Source: an uncultured Aliarcobacter sp.
Lineage (GTDB): Bacteria; Campylobacterota; Campylobacteria; Campylobacterales; Arcobacteraceae
NCBI GenBank assembly: GCA_963664305.2
Contig: CAXXLV010000002.1
Location: 1,344,001 to 1,408,000 of the forward strand
Direction: 5' to 3'
DNA length: 64,000 nucleotides
Under the pieces are notes generated by a model. It was not told the DNA's origin and ran no database searches. It saw nothing but the letters and a program-made list of their open reading frames with translations. Position numbers and translations under genes: made by a program. Positions 37,311 through 47,326 of the stretch are shown piece by piece. Every line of letters begins with the position of its first letter. The first letter of the stretch is position 1.

Positions 37311-37702
37311 ATGAAGATGTTTTATCAAAACTCCATGATATAAAAGAGTTAGAAAAAATACCTGACAACTCTATTTTTATCTTTACTTTATTAGTTTTTT
37401 TAGGAATTTTAGTTTTATTAAGTATTGTTTTTTTAATCATTAAATTTATTAAAAATAGAAAAAAAAGCCCTCGAAAAAAATATTTTGAAATCTTAAAAAA
37501 TGTAGATTTTAAAGATTCAAAAAATTGTGCTTATACTATTACAAAATATGCAAGATTGATTGTAACAAACGAAAGAGAAAAAAAATTAGCAAATGAATTA
37601 GTAGAGGAATTAGAAAAATTCAAATATAAAAAAAATGTTGAAAATATAAATGATGAAATCAAAGTAAAATTTTCTGTTTTTTTGGATTCACTAGATGTTT
37701 AA
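37307..37702 (+). CDS. Single-TM protein of the MoxR/vWA operon (DUF4381-like)
   Basis: 'LHDIK...P' then one TM segment and a basic stretch; overlaps both neighbours. Confidence 0.65.
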   Translation: MNEDVLSKLHDIKELEKIPDNSIFIFTLLVFLGILVLLSIVFLIIKFIKNRKKSPRKKYFEILKNVDFKDSKNCAYTITKYARLIVTNEREKKLANELVEELEKFKYKKNVENINDEIKVKFSVFLDSLDV

Positions 37703-38597
37703 TACTTTTACTTTTGAATATCCATATTTTTTATTATTAATTTTTCTATTTATATTTTGTTCTATTTTTTGTAAAGCAAAATCACCTTCATATTTAATTC
37801 CACACTTAAATATATTTCAAAGAGTAAATCAAAAATCAACTCTAATTACTAATATTTTAAAATATTTTGTGATTATTTTTTCAATTATTGCATTTGCTAG
37901 TCCTGTTAAAATAAATGATACTCTAATTTTAAAAAATGATGGAATCAATATCATTTTAGATTTAGATGCAAGTTATTCAATGTACGAACAAGATTTAGAT
38001 GACAATCATCAAAAAAATAGATTTGATGTGGTTAAAGAGATAATAAAAGATTTTATGACAAAAAGAGTTGCAGATAATTTAGGAGTTGTTTTATTTGGAG
38101 ATTCTGTTCTAATCTCAAGTCCATTGAGTTTTGATAAAGAAGCACAAAAAGAGATGATTGATTATTTAGATGTTGGTATGGCAGGGAAAAATACTGCATT
38201 GATTGATTCAATAGCTTCTAGTATAAATATATTAAAAGATAAAAAAGCAAAATCAAATATAATCATATTACTTAGTGATGGAGAAGATAACTCTAGTTCT
38301 ATTCCTTTGGAAGTTGTCATAAAATTACTAAAAAAATACAATATAAAAATTTATACTATTGGAATCGGTAATTTTAATAATAGTGTTCTAAATATCTTGG
38401 CTAAAGAATCAAATGCAAAAGCTTACACAGCTTATTCAAAAGAAGATTTAACTTTTATTTATGAAGATATTAATAAATTAGAGAAGTCTGAAATTGATCA
38501 GAATAAAATTATTTTAAAAGATTATCTATTCTTTTATCCCTTATTTATTGCTGTTTTATGTTTGATTATTCTTATTTACTTAAGAAATAAAGAATAA
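37695..38597 (+). CDS. vWA-domain membrane protein (BatA-like)
   Basis: 'FEYPYFLLL' N-terminus; MIDAS DASYS; NTAL; LLSDGEDN; YTIGIG; C-terminal TM segment. Confidence 0.88.
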   Translation: MFNTFTFEYPYFLLLIFLFIFCSIFCKAKSPSYLIPHLNIFQRVNQKSTLITNILKYFVIIFSIIAFASPVKINDTLILKNDGINIILDLDASYSMYEQDLDDNHQKNRFDVVKEIIKDFMTKRVADNLGVVLFGDSVLISSPLSFDKEAQKEMIDYLDVGMAGKNTALIDSIASSINILKDKKAKSNIIILLSDGEDNSSSIPLEVVIKLLKKYNIKIYTIGIGNFNNSVLNILAKESNAKAYTAYSKEDLTFIYEDINKLEKSEIDQNKIILKDYLFFYPLFIAVLCLIILIYLRNKE

Positions 38598-38641
38598 ATA
38601 AAAAATTGGTTATCATTGGGCTAATATGAAAAGGATTTATA

Positions 38642-39988
38642 ATGTTTAAAAATCTTTCTTCTTCATTGAAGATTACTTTAACATACTTTATATTTAGTCT
38701 TTTATGGATATATTATTCTGATCAAACAATAAATATGTTTGTTAAAGATGTAGAAAAATTACAATTTTTACAGACTATAAAAGGTTGGTTATTTATTAGT
38801 TTATCTTCTATCTTATTATATCTATTAATAAGTAAATACTCTAAAGACTTACAAAATAAAAAAAATCATTTAAAAAAAGTAAATAATATATTAGAAGAAA
38901 TTATTGAAAATGCTCCGATTATTATCTTTTGGAAAAATAGAAATGGTGTTTACCTTGGCTGTAATTCTAGTTTTTTAAATTTGATGGAATTAAAAAATAA
39001 AAATGAACTAATTGGTAAAAAAGATTCAGATTTCCAAATCAATGAAAAAGAAAATTTTATGGAAGATGATAATTTAGTTATGTCTTCAAAACAAGCAAAA
39101 CTTAATTATATCGAAACAATTACAACTAAAAACAATGGATTAAGAATTGTTAATACCTCAAAAGTTCCATTATACGATGAGAATCAAAATGTGATTGGTA
39201 TTTTAGGTGTAACTCAAGATATAACTGAAAATATAAAAAATCAAAATCAAATCAAATCTCAAGAAGAGTTGTTAATTCAACAATCAAAGCTTGCTTCAAT
39301 GGGAGAAATGATTGCATTTATTGCTCATCAGTGGAGACAACCATTATCTGTGATTTCTACTTTATCAACAGGTTTAAAACTACAAAAAGAGTTAAACATA
39401 TCAAATGAGGAAAATGAGAAAGAAATTTTAGATAACATCAATAACAATGCACAATATCTTTCAAAAACTATCGATGATTTTAAAAACTTTTTCAAAAAAA
39501 GTGAAGAAAAAATAGAAATAAACTCTTCTGAATTATTTCAAAAAACTTTAAATCTTGTTTATTCTAGGTTAAAAACAAGAGATATTGAAATAATCATTCA
39601 AGATAATGAAATAGATTTTGAAACATATGAAAATGAAATTATTCAAGTTTTAATAAACATAATAAATAATTCAATAGATGCATTTGAAAATATAAAAACA
39701 AAAAAATTCATTTTTATTGATATTAATAAAAAAGAAAATGAAATCATTTTACAAATAAAAGATAATGCGGGTGGAATAAAAGAAGAGATTATAAATAAAA
39801 TTTTTGATCCATATTTTACTACAAAAGACAAAGAACACGGAACTGGACTTGGATTATATATGTCACAAGAGATTATTACAAAACATTTAAATGGTAAAAT
39901 AGAAGTATCAAATACTAATTTTACTTACTTAGACCAAAATTATTTGGGAACATTATTTATTATAACTTTACCTTTAACTAACAATTAA
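38642..39988 (+). CDS. PAS-domain sensor histidine kinase (no adjacent regulator)
   Basis: Two TM segments; PAS 'IFWKNRNGVYLGCN'; H-box IAHQWRQPL; N-box NIINNS; DNAGG, FDPYFTTK, GTGLGL. Confidence 0.9.
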   Translation: MFKNLSSSLKITLTYFIFSLLWIYYSDQTINMFVKDVEKLQFLQTIKGWLFISLSSILLYLLISKYSKDLQNKKNHLKKVNNILEEIIENAPIIIFWKNRNGVYLGCNSSFLNLMELKNKNELIGKKDSDFQINEKENFMEDDNLVMSSKQAKLNYIETITTKNNGLRIVNTSKVPLYDENQNVIGILGVTQDITENIKNQNQIKSQEELLIQQSKLASMGEMIAFIAHQWRQPLSVISTLSTGLKLQKELNISNEENEKEILDNINNNAQYLSKTIDDFKNFFKKSEEKIEINSSELFQKTLNLVYSRLKTRDIEIIIQDNEIDFETYENEIIQVLINIINNSIDAFENIKTKKFIFIDINKKENEIILQIKDNAGGIKEEIINKIFDPYFTTKDKEHGTGLGLYMSQEIITKHLNGKIEVSNTNFTYLDQNYLGTLFIITLPLTNN

Positions 39989-40037
39989 TTTTATGGAATG
40001 ATTATTGCATATAAAATTCTTAAAAAAAGGATTTCAT

Positions 40038-40598
40038 ATGACACCAAATGAATATATAAAAGAACACAAACTTGAATGGCAACCATCTTTTAATGGTTCT
40101 ATTTCTTCAACTTTAAATGCTTATAGAGGAGCATTAATTATCGAAGAAGGTAAAAAACTTTCTGAAACAAAAATCATGCCTCCAAAAGCTCAAGCAAAAC
40201 AAGTAATTATGATAAGTGAAAATGATAAAGTTAAATTCTTTGCTTGTGAGTTAGAAACATTTAACTATTTTGAAGCATTCTTTGAAAAATATAAAAGTTT
40301 CTTTGATAAAGATTCAATTATTGTTCTTTATGTGATTGACTTAGATGGAAATGGTATTTTTGAATACGAAGGTATTAAATTTAACGCTATTATGTTATAT
40401 GAAAACTCAGTATGGAATGAAGTTTTAGATTTTGTATCACTTGAAAAAGGTGACTTAAAAAAATTATCAAACGAAGATAAATTAGTTGCAATTTATGATG
40501 AGTTACCAAATGTAGAAAAAGAAGAAGCTAATAAAACTTATGATAAGATGTTAGCTTTAATAGGAAATACTAAAAAAGCTCTTATGGGAGCAGTTTGA
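40038..40598 (+). CDS. Conserved-looking hypothetical cytoplasmic protein
   Basis: ATG at 40038 with AAGGA RBS; codon usage like neighbouring genes; no recognised motif. Confidence 0.7.
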   Translation: MTPNEYIKEHKLEWQPSFNGSISSTLNAYRGALIIEEGKKLSETKIMPPKAQAKQVIMISENDKVKFFACELETFNYFEAFFEKYKSFFDKDSIIVLYVIDLDGNGIFEYEGIKFNAIMLYENSVWNEVLDFVSLEKGDLKKLSNEDKLVAIYDELPNVEKEEANKTYDKMLALIGNTKKALMGAV

Positions 40599-40612
40599 TT
40601 AAATAAAGAGTT

Positions 40613-41899
40613 TTACTCTTTATTTAAAATCTTTAAAACTTCCTCTTTATCAGAAAATGGAAATTTTTTATCATAGATGATTTGTGTTGATTCATCACCT
40701 TTTCCAAGAAGTAAAACAACACTATTCTCATCAGCCATTTCAATTGCTTTTTTAATTGCTTCTTTTCTATTTATTTCAACTTGAACACTTGGATGATTTT
40801 TTATTCCAGCTAATATATCTTCAATAATCATATCAGGGTCTTCAAATCTTGGATTATCACTTGTTACAATAATATGTTTTGAATATTTTGCTGCAATAGT
40901 TCCCATCAATGGACGTTTAAGTTTATCTCTATCTCCACCTGCTCCAAATACACAAATAATATCTTTATCATTAAAGCTTTTTAGAACTTCATCCATTCCA
41001 TCAGGAGTATGAGCAAAATCAACTATAACTAAAGGATTAACACTTATAGTTTCCATTCTTCCACTAACTCCTCCAAAACCTTCAAGAGCTTCACAAATCT
41101 CTTCTAAAGGTTTTTTTGTAGTTATATGAACAGCAGCAACTGCTGCCATTAGATTGTAAACATTAAAAATTCCCATCATATAAGATGAAAAAGAATAATG
41201 TTTTCCAAAATGATTAAACATTACATGCATACCATTTTTAAAAGAATATGCATCAACTTTATATGTTGATGGATTTTCTAAAGAGTATGCAAATCCATTT
41301 TTTATGTTGTATCTTACTTTATCATCATCTTTATTGATTAGTTTTGGTGATTCATCTTCAAAAAATGAATTTTTAACTCGTATATACTCTTCAATTGTTT
41401 TATGATAATCCAAATGATCTCTTGTAATATTTGTATGAATTTTTAAAGCAAACTCTAAACCTTCAATTCTTTTTTGTTCAATTGCATGAGAGCTTACTTC
41501 CATAACAAAAAAATTACAACCATTTTGAATAGCTTTTTGAATATGTGCAAAATTTCCAAGTTGAACAGGAGTTGTTAAAGAGTACTCTTCAACTCTTTCA
41601 TCATTTATGAAAAATCCTCGTGTACCTTGAAGTGCAACTTTATAACCTAAATCTAAAAGAATTGAATAAATTGCAGCTGCCGTTGTTGTTTTACCATTTG
41701 TTCCTGTAATTCCAATAACTTTAATACTTGACATATCTAAGTGATTTTTTAATTCACTTGCAGTTATTATTTCACGGCAACCATTATCGATTGCACTTTG
41801 TTTAAATTTTTCATTTTGTTTTGAAACAACAAAAACAGAATTTTCATCTACTTCATTTGAATTATCAGTATAAACTTTATTATTTATGATTAGCTGCAA
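40613..41899 (-). CDS. murE: UDP-N-acetylmuramoyl-L-Ala-D-Glu--meso-diaminopimelate ligase
   Basis: GITGTNGKTT, MEVSSH, NITRDHLDYH, VDFAHTPD, GAGGDRD, SDNPR (mDAP specificity) and GKG motifs. Confidence 0.95.
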   Translation of the reverse strand: MQLIINNKVYTDNSNEVDENSVFVVSKQNEKFKQSAIDNGCREIITASELKNHLDMSSIKVIGITGTNGKTTTAAAIYSILLDLGYKVALQGTRGFFINDERVEEYSLTTPVQLGNFAHIQKAIQNGCNFFVMEVSSHAIEQKRIEGLEFALKIHTNITRDHLDYHKTIEEYIRVKNSFFEDESPKLINKDDDKVRYNIKNGFAYSLENPSTYKVDAYSFKNGMHVMFNHFGKHYSFSSYMMGIFNVYNLMAAVAAVHITTKKPLEEICEALEGFGGVSGRMETISVNPLVIVDFAHTPDGMDEVLKSFNDKDIICVFGAGGDRDKLKRPLMGTIAAKYSKHIIVTSDNPRFEDPDMIIEDILAGIKNHPSVQVEINRKEAIKKAIEMADENSVVLLLGKGDESTQIIYDKKFPFSDKEEVLKILNKE

Positions 41900-42473
41900 G
41901 GTTTTTCTCTTCTAACTTTTTATATAATTTTTCTATCTCTTTATCATATGAAAAATATTCATTAAATCCATCAAGATAAGAATAAGCTGTCGTATTAAAA
42001 TCATTGTCAATCAACTTTGTAACAAAATCAAAAAAATCATCTTTATTTTCAATTGCAACTTTCGTTGAGAACATTATATCTTCAAAAGCAATTCTAAAAG
42101 AACCTCTTGATTCTATCAATTTTTTAAAATCTTCATATCTAATTGCATCTAATGATTCAACTGTTGATGTACTTAAATCTTTTAAAATTTCCATCATTTT
42201 ATCAATATCACCATCATATGCATTTATTACATCTTCAACATATTTTATAGCTTCATCTAAATTTTCATCTTTGATTACACTAAAATAGTCAAATAATGAC
42301 ATTGCTTTTTGAACATCTTCAGTCGCAATATCACAAAAAAGTGCGTACACTTTATATTCTTTGTTTTGTGGAAAGTTTGATGATAGTTGTGAATATAAAA
42401 ATAAAGCTTCATCAAACTTTTTTTGAACAAAAAGTGAGTTTGCCTCATTTAATAACCTATTCTCGTTTATCAT
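41880..42473 (-). CDS. Conserved Campylobacterales helical (TPR-like) protein between nfu and murE
   Basis: Helical-repeat-like N-terminus; 'F..AFEDIMFSTK..I..KDDF.DF' segment; operon overlaps. Confidence 0.7.
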   Translation of the reverse strand: MINENRLLNEANSLFVQKKFDEALFLYSQLSSNFPQNKEYKVYALFCDIATEDVQKAMSLFDYFSVIKDENLDEAIKYVEDVINAYDGDIDKMMEILKDLSTSTVESLDAIRYEDFKKLIESRGSFRIAFEDIMFSTKVAIENKDDFFDFVTKLIDNDFNTTAYSYLDGFNEYFSYDKEIEKLYKKLEEKNLAANHK

Positions 42474-42475
42474 TA

Positions 42476-42754
42476 TTATAATTCCTCTAATTTATTTTCC
42501 ATACCTTGTGGAACATTAACTATTCCTAAATCTGGATGTATTGCAGCTTTTAATTCTTTTTCAACTATATATTTTAAAGTACTTCCACTTGCACTACATC
42601 CAACACATGCACCTTGTAATTGAACATAAACTTTAGCATTTTTTATATCTAAAAGTTTAATTGCTCCTCCATCTCTTGCTAACATTGGAGCTATTTTATT
42701 TTCAATAATTGAACTTACTGGTGCTTGTAAATCTTCATCAGAAAATGGCATCAT
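42476..42754 (-). CDS. NifU-C/Nfu-type Fe-S carrier
   Basis: 'PMLARDGG' and 'LQGACVGCSAS..TLK' motifs. Confidence 0.9.
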   Translation of the reverse strand: MMPFSDEDLQAPVSSIIENKIAPMLARDGGAIKLLDIKNAKVYVQLQGACVGCSASGSTLKYIVEKELKAAIHPDLGIVNVPQGMENKLEEL

Positions 42755-42871
42755 TTATTTTTTTACCTCTTTTGCTTTTTTCTTTACAAAATATATTCCA
42801 ACAGCAGTTATTACTAAAATTACTGCTATTGTTTGAAATATAAAAGAAAGTGTTACTTCTTCTTGAAACAT
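42755..42871 (-). CDS. Small 38-aa single-pass membrane protein (not in the ORF track)
   Basis: MFQEEVTLSFIFQTIAVILVITAVGIYFVKKKAKEVKK*; AGGA RBS overlapping the ileS stop; stop abuts the nfu ATG. Confidence 0.7.
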   Translation of the reverse strand: MFQEEVTLSFIFQTIAVILVITAVGIYFVKKKAKEVKK

Positions 42872-42878
42872 TATTTTC

Positions 42879-45608
42879 CTATTTTAAAACGTCTTCACAT
42901 CTATTACAAAGAGTTTCTTCAGCTGTTGCTGTAAACTTCCAACATCTTGGACATTTGTGAGCTACTGCTTTATAAACTTCGAAATCTTTTCCATCAATTT
43001 GGAAACTTCCAAGTATATCAGAGTTTTGTTTATTATTTGTTACAGAACTTACTAAGAACCAATCACTAGCTTCAACTTCATCTAAAGCTAAAATATCTTC
43101 ACAATTTGTATAAATCATTAATTCTAAAGTTGATTTGATTACTTTTTCTTTACTTAATGCATCTTTGATTTCAGAGAATTTCTCTTTTGCACTTACTAAA
43201 ACAGCTTCATTAACAGATACTTCAACTAGTGGTAATTCAACTTTTTTATAATCATAAATATCTTCACATCCATCTTTTATAAATGCAGGTGCAAACTCTA
43301 ATAACTCATCCATTGTATATGTTAAAATACAAGCTAATGTAGAAATTAATTTTTTAGCAATTAATGCCATTGCACTTTGAGATGCTAATCTATGAATATC
43401 ACTTTTACTATCACAATATAATCTATCTTTACAAACATCAAGATAAATTCCAGATAAATCAACAACTAAGAAGTTATTTAATTTATTTAAACCTTTTGAA
43501 AATTCATAAGCATTAAATGCTGCTTCAATTTCATCAAATACTTTTTTAGCTTTATTTAAAATCCATTTGTCTAATGGACCCATTTTATCAACACTGATAA
43601 TCTCTTCTAAATCATTAATATTCGCAAGTAAAAATCTTGCAGTATTTCTGATTTTTCTATATAACTCACCATTTTGTTTTAAGATATTATCAGAGATTTT
43701 TAAATCAGATTGGTAATCACTCATTGCAACCCAAAGTCTTAAAATTTCACTTCCGTACTCTTTAATTACTTTATCAGGAGCAACAACATTTCCTTTTGAT
43801 TTAGACATTTTTTCACCTTTTTCATCAACAGTGAATCCATGCGTTAAAATCGATTTATAAGGAGCAATCTCACTTGAAGCTAAAGTTGTTAAAAGTGAAG
43901 ATTGGAACCAACCTCTATGTTGGTCACTTCCTTCTAAATACATATCAGCTGGGAATGTTCCAGCATCATAGTTTCTACTTCTTAAAACAGCATTTTGTGT
44001 TGAACCACTATCAAACCAAACATCTAGAATATCTAAAGTTTTTTCTAAATCATCTGGATTTAATCCACTTCCTGGATATAATAAATCAGAAATCTCTAAA
44101 TCATACCAAGCATCACAACCTTTTTGTTCAAAAATCATAGCTGTATAATTTAAAACTTTTTCATCAAAAATGATTTCATCAGTTTTTTTATTTCTAAAAA
44201 ATGCGATTGGTACTCCCCAATCTCTTTGTCTTGAAATACACCAGTCAGGTCTTCCTTCTAACATTGCTTTTAATCTATTTCTTCCCCACTCTGGATAAAA
44301 TTTAAGATTTTCAACAACTTCTAAAGCATTTTCTCTTAATGTATTATTTTTATTACCATATTTATCATCTATTGAAATAAACCATTGTTTTGTTGCTCTA
44401 AAAATAATTGGTGTATGAGTTCTCCAACAATGTGGATAAGAGTGTCTTATATCTACTCTTTTTAATAAAGCACTTCCTAATTCTTCTAAAATTAAATCAT
44501 TTGCTTTAAATACATTTAATCCTAAATATTTATCAGTATCTTTAAATAGTTTTTCTCTTACAATTGTTTCATCATATTTACCATATGCATCAACTGGCAT
44601 AATAACATCTAAGTTATATCTTAAACCAACTTTATAGTCATCTTCTCCATGTCCTGGTGCTGTATGTACTGCTCCAGTTCCTGAATCCATCATAACATGG
44701 TCACCTAAAACAATTTTAGAAGTTCTTCCATTTAATGGATTAATTGCAAATGTATTTTCTAAATCTTTTGGATTTACAGTTTCAACAATTTCTCCAGAAA
44801 TTACACCACTTTCTATTAAAGAATTATGTAATTTACGAGCCACAATAAATTTATCTGAAGTTTTTACATACTCTTCTTCACCATTTAAAGAGATTCCAGT
44901 ATTTGCAGGAAGTGTCCAAGGAGTTGTTGTCCAGATAATTATACTTGCATCGATATTTTCATGTTTAAACGCAACAAATATTGATGGAGATGTTTTATCT
45001 TCATATTCAACTTCAGCTTCAGCTAATGCAGTTTGTGCTGCCCATGACCAATAAACTGGTTTACTTCTTTGAATTAATAAACCTTGTTTTGCAATAGCAC
45101 ATAATTCTCTATAAATATTAGCTTCAAATTTAAAATCCATTGTTAAATAAGGATTTTCCCAATCTGCAATTACACCTAATTTTTTAAATTCATCTTTTTG
45201 AATTTCAACAAATTTAGTTGCATGATCTCTACATAATTGTCTTAATTTTGATTTTGGTAACTCTTTTTTCTTTTCACTACCAATTTTTTCTTCAACTTTT
45301 TGTTCAATTGGTAAACCATGGCAATCCCAACCTGGAACATATCTAATTGATTTTCCTTCAAAATAATGAAATTTGTTAATAATATCTTTTAGAATTTTAT
45401 TTAAAGCATGACCAATATGAATATTCCCATTTGCATAAGGAGGTCCATCGTGAAGTGTAAATGATGGGCACCCCACTCTATTTTTTTTCATTTTCTCGTA
45501 AACTTTTTTGTCATCCCATTGCTTATATTTTACAGGCTCATTCTGAGGAAGATTCCCTCTCATTGGGAAATCTGTTTTTGGAAGCAATAAACTCTCTTTA
45601 TAATCCAT
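42879..45608 (-). CDS. ileS: Isoleucine--tRNA ligase
   Basis: Start reassigned to ATG at 45608 (MDYKESLLLPKTDFPMR); HDGPPYANGNIHIGH, GWDCHGLP, WTTTPWT, KMSKS; C-terminal Zn motif CPRC...CNRC. Confidence 0.98.
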   Translation of the reverse strand: MDYKESLLLPKTDFPMRGNLPQNEPVKYKQWDDKKVYEKMKKNRVGCPSFTLHDGPPYANGNIHIGHALNKILKDIINKFHYFEGKSIRYVPGWDCHGLPIEQKVEEKIGSEKKKELPKSKLRQLCRDHATKFVEIQKDEFKKLGVIADWENPYLTMDFKFEANIYRELCAIAKQGLLIQRSKPVYWSWAAQTALAEAEVEYEDKTSPSIFVAFKHENIDASIIIWTTTPWTLPANTGISLNGEEEYVKTSDKFIVARKLHNSLIESGVISGEIVETVNPKDLENTFAINPLNGRTSKIVLGDHVMMDSGTGAVHTAPGHGEDDYKVGLRYNLDVIMPVDAYGKYDETIVREKLFKDTDKYLGLNVFKANDLILEELGSALLKRVDIRHSYPHCWRTHTPIIFRATKQWFISIDDKYGNKNNTLRENALEVVENLKFYPEWGRNRLKAMLEGRPDWCISRQRDWGVPIAFFRNKKTDEIIFDEKVLNYTAMIFEQKGCDAWYDLEISDLLYPGSGLNPDDLEKTLDILDVWFDSGSTQNAVLRSRNYDAGTFPADMYLEGSDQHRGWFQSSLLTTLASSEIAPYKSILTHGFTVDEKGEKMSKSKGNVVAPDKVIKEYGSEILRLWVAMSDYQSDLKISDNILKQNGELYRKIRNTARFLLANINDLEEIISVDKMGPLDKWILNKAKKVFDEIEAAFNAYEFSKGLNKLNNFLVVDLSGIYLDVCKDRLYCDSKSDIHRLASQSAMALIAKKLISTLACILTYTMDELLEFAPAFIKDGCEDIYDYKKVELPLVEVSVNEAVLVSAKEKFSEIKDALSKEKVIKSTLELMIYTNCEDILALDEVEASDWFLVSSVTNNKQNSDILGSFQIDGKDFEVYKAVAHKCPRCWKFTATAEETLCNRCEDVLK

Positions 45609-45829
45609 TATAACACCTTCATTTTTCAAATATTTATTTGTTGTTTCATTAAATCGTAGATTATATCTAATTATATTTAAAACTAAAGTTAGCACTAAAT
45701 AAATAATAGGTTGTTACTAAAATCTATAATTTATTTAATATTGTGTAATTTTGTGTAGCATTTATGTTAAATATAAAATTTATATGATAAAATCCTCAGA
45801 TATTTCACAAAAAAGCATAGGAAAGATAA

Positions 45830-47188
45830 ATGAATGAAAAACACTATGAAGTAGTAATTGTTGGTGGAGGAATCTCTGGGGCAGCTCTATTTTTCGAGTT
45901 AGCAAAATATTCTGATGTAAACAGCATGTGTTTATTAGAAAAATATGAGGACTTAGCTACATTAAACTCAAAAGGTACAAGTAACTCTCAAACTATTCAC
46001 GTGGGAGACATTGAAACAAATTATACATTTGAAAAAGCTAAAATCACAAAAAGAACAGCTAAGATGATTGAAAAATTCAACTTAATGTATAATCTTCAAG
46101 ATAAAATTATGTTCAAACACCAAAAAATGGCTCTAGGAGTTGGTGAAAAAGAAGTTCAATTTATAACTGACAGATATAATAAATTTAAAGAAATTTTCCC
46201 TTACTTAGAATTATGGGATAAAGAAACTTTAAAAGAAAAAGAACCTTTATTAGTATGGGCTGATAAAGAAAGAACAAAAGAAAGACCAGAACCGATTGTT
46301 GCAATGGGTACAGATGACCAATATACAACTGTTGATTTTGGAGCTATGACTAAAGAATTAGTTAAAGCTGGTCAAAATGCTGATTCTTCAAAAACAACTG
46401 ATGTATTCTTTAATTCTGAAGTTGAAGAAATTGAAAAAGTTGGAAATAAATTCAAATTAACAACTACAAATGGTACAGTTTATACTGCTGATTTCGTTGT
46501 TGTTGATGCTGGAGCTCACTCATTATTCTTAGCTCATAAAATGGGTTATGGAAAACACATGGGTTCTTTATCAATGGCAGGATCATTTTATATTACAAAT
46601 GGAACTTACTTAAATGGTAAAGTTTACATGGTACAAAATGACAAATTACCATTTGCAGCTCTTCATGGAGATCCAGATATCTTATGTGAAGGTAAAACAA
46701 GATTTGGACCAACTGCATTAGCATTATTAGTTCTTGAAAGATATAAAGGTGGAAAATCATTCTTCCAATGTTTAAAAACAATGAACTTTGATGGAAGCAT
46801 TTTAAAAATCTTCTGGGATTTATTAAAAGATTCAGATATCAGAAACTATATCTTCAAAAACTTCTTATTTGAAGTTCCAGGAATCAACAAAGGTTTATTC
46901 GTTAAAGATGCAAGAAAAATCGTTCCTTCTTTAAGTGTAGATGATATTGAATATGCAAAAGGATTTGGTGGTGTTAGACCTCAAGTTCTAAACAAAACAG
47001 AGAAAAAATTAATGCTTGGTGAAGCTTCAATCACAGAATTAGAAGGAATCATCTTTAATATGACTCCATCTCCAGGTGCAACTTCTTGTTTAGGAAATGC
47101 AGAAAGAGATATTAAAAAAGTATGTCAATCTTTAGGTAAAACTTTCTATGAAGATAAATTCTTAGCAGATTTTACTGATGCTGAATAA
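45830..47188 (+). CDS. mqo: Malate:quinone oxidoreductase (Campylobacterota type)
   Basis: IVGGGISG FAD motif; 'NSQTIHVGDIETNY', 'LPFAALHGDPD', 'GGVRPQ' and 'NMTPSPGATSCL'. Confidence 0.88.
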   Translation: MNEKHYEVVIVGGGISGAALFFELAKYSDVNSMCLLEKYEDLATLNSKGTSNSQTIHVGDIETNYTFEKAKITKRTAKMIEKFNLMYNLQDKIMFKHQKMALGVGEKEVQFITDRYNKFKEIFPYLELWDKETLKEKEPLLVWADKERTKERPEPIVAMGTDDQYTTVDFGAMTKELVKAGQNADSSKTTDVFFNSEVEEIEKVGNKFKLTTTNGTVYTADFVVVDAGAHSLFLAHKMGYGKHMGSLSMAGSFYITNGTYLNGKVYMVQNDKLPFAALHGDPDILCEGKTRFGPTALALLVLERYKGGKSFFQCLKTMNFDGSILKIFWDLLKDSDIRNYIFKNFLFEVPGINKGLFVKDARKIVPSLSVDDIEYAKGFGGVRPQVLNKTEKKLMLGEASITELEGIIFNMTPSPGATSCLGNAERDIKKVCQSLGKTFYEDKFLADFTDAE

Positions 47189-47206
47189 CTAACATATTAA
47201 CTTTCA

Positions 47207-47236
47207 TATAAAGAGAGTATAAAAACTCTCTTTATA
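47207..47236 (+). terminator. Intrinsic terminator after mqo
   Basis: TATAAAGAGAGT-ATAAAA-ACTCTCTTTATA followed by a T-rich tract. Confidence 0.65.
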
Positions 47237-47326
47237 TCTTTTTTAACTCAAATATTTACTCTTTTAATTCAATTATCATTAAAATTCATATATCATCAAT
47301 TATTTAACTATTAAAGGCTATAAATT

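Noticed and set aside
40613..41899. Short MurE (428 aa) as a possible pseudogene
   Set aside because: All catalytic motifs are intact; a reduced N-terminal domain is usual in Campylobacterales
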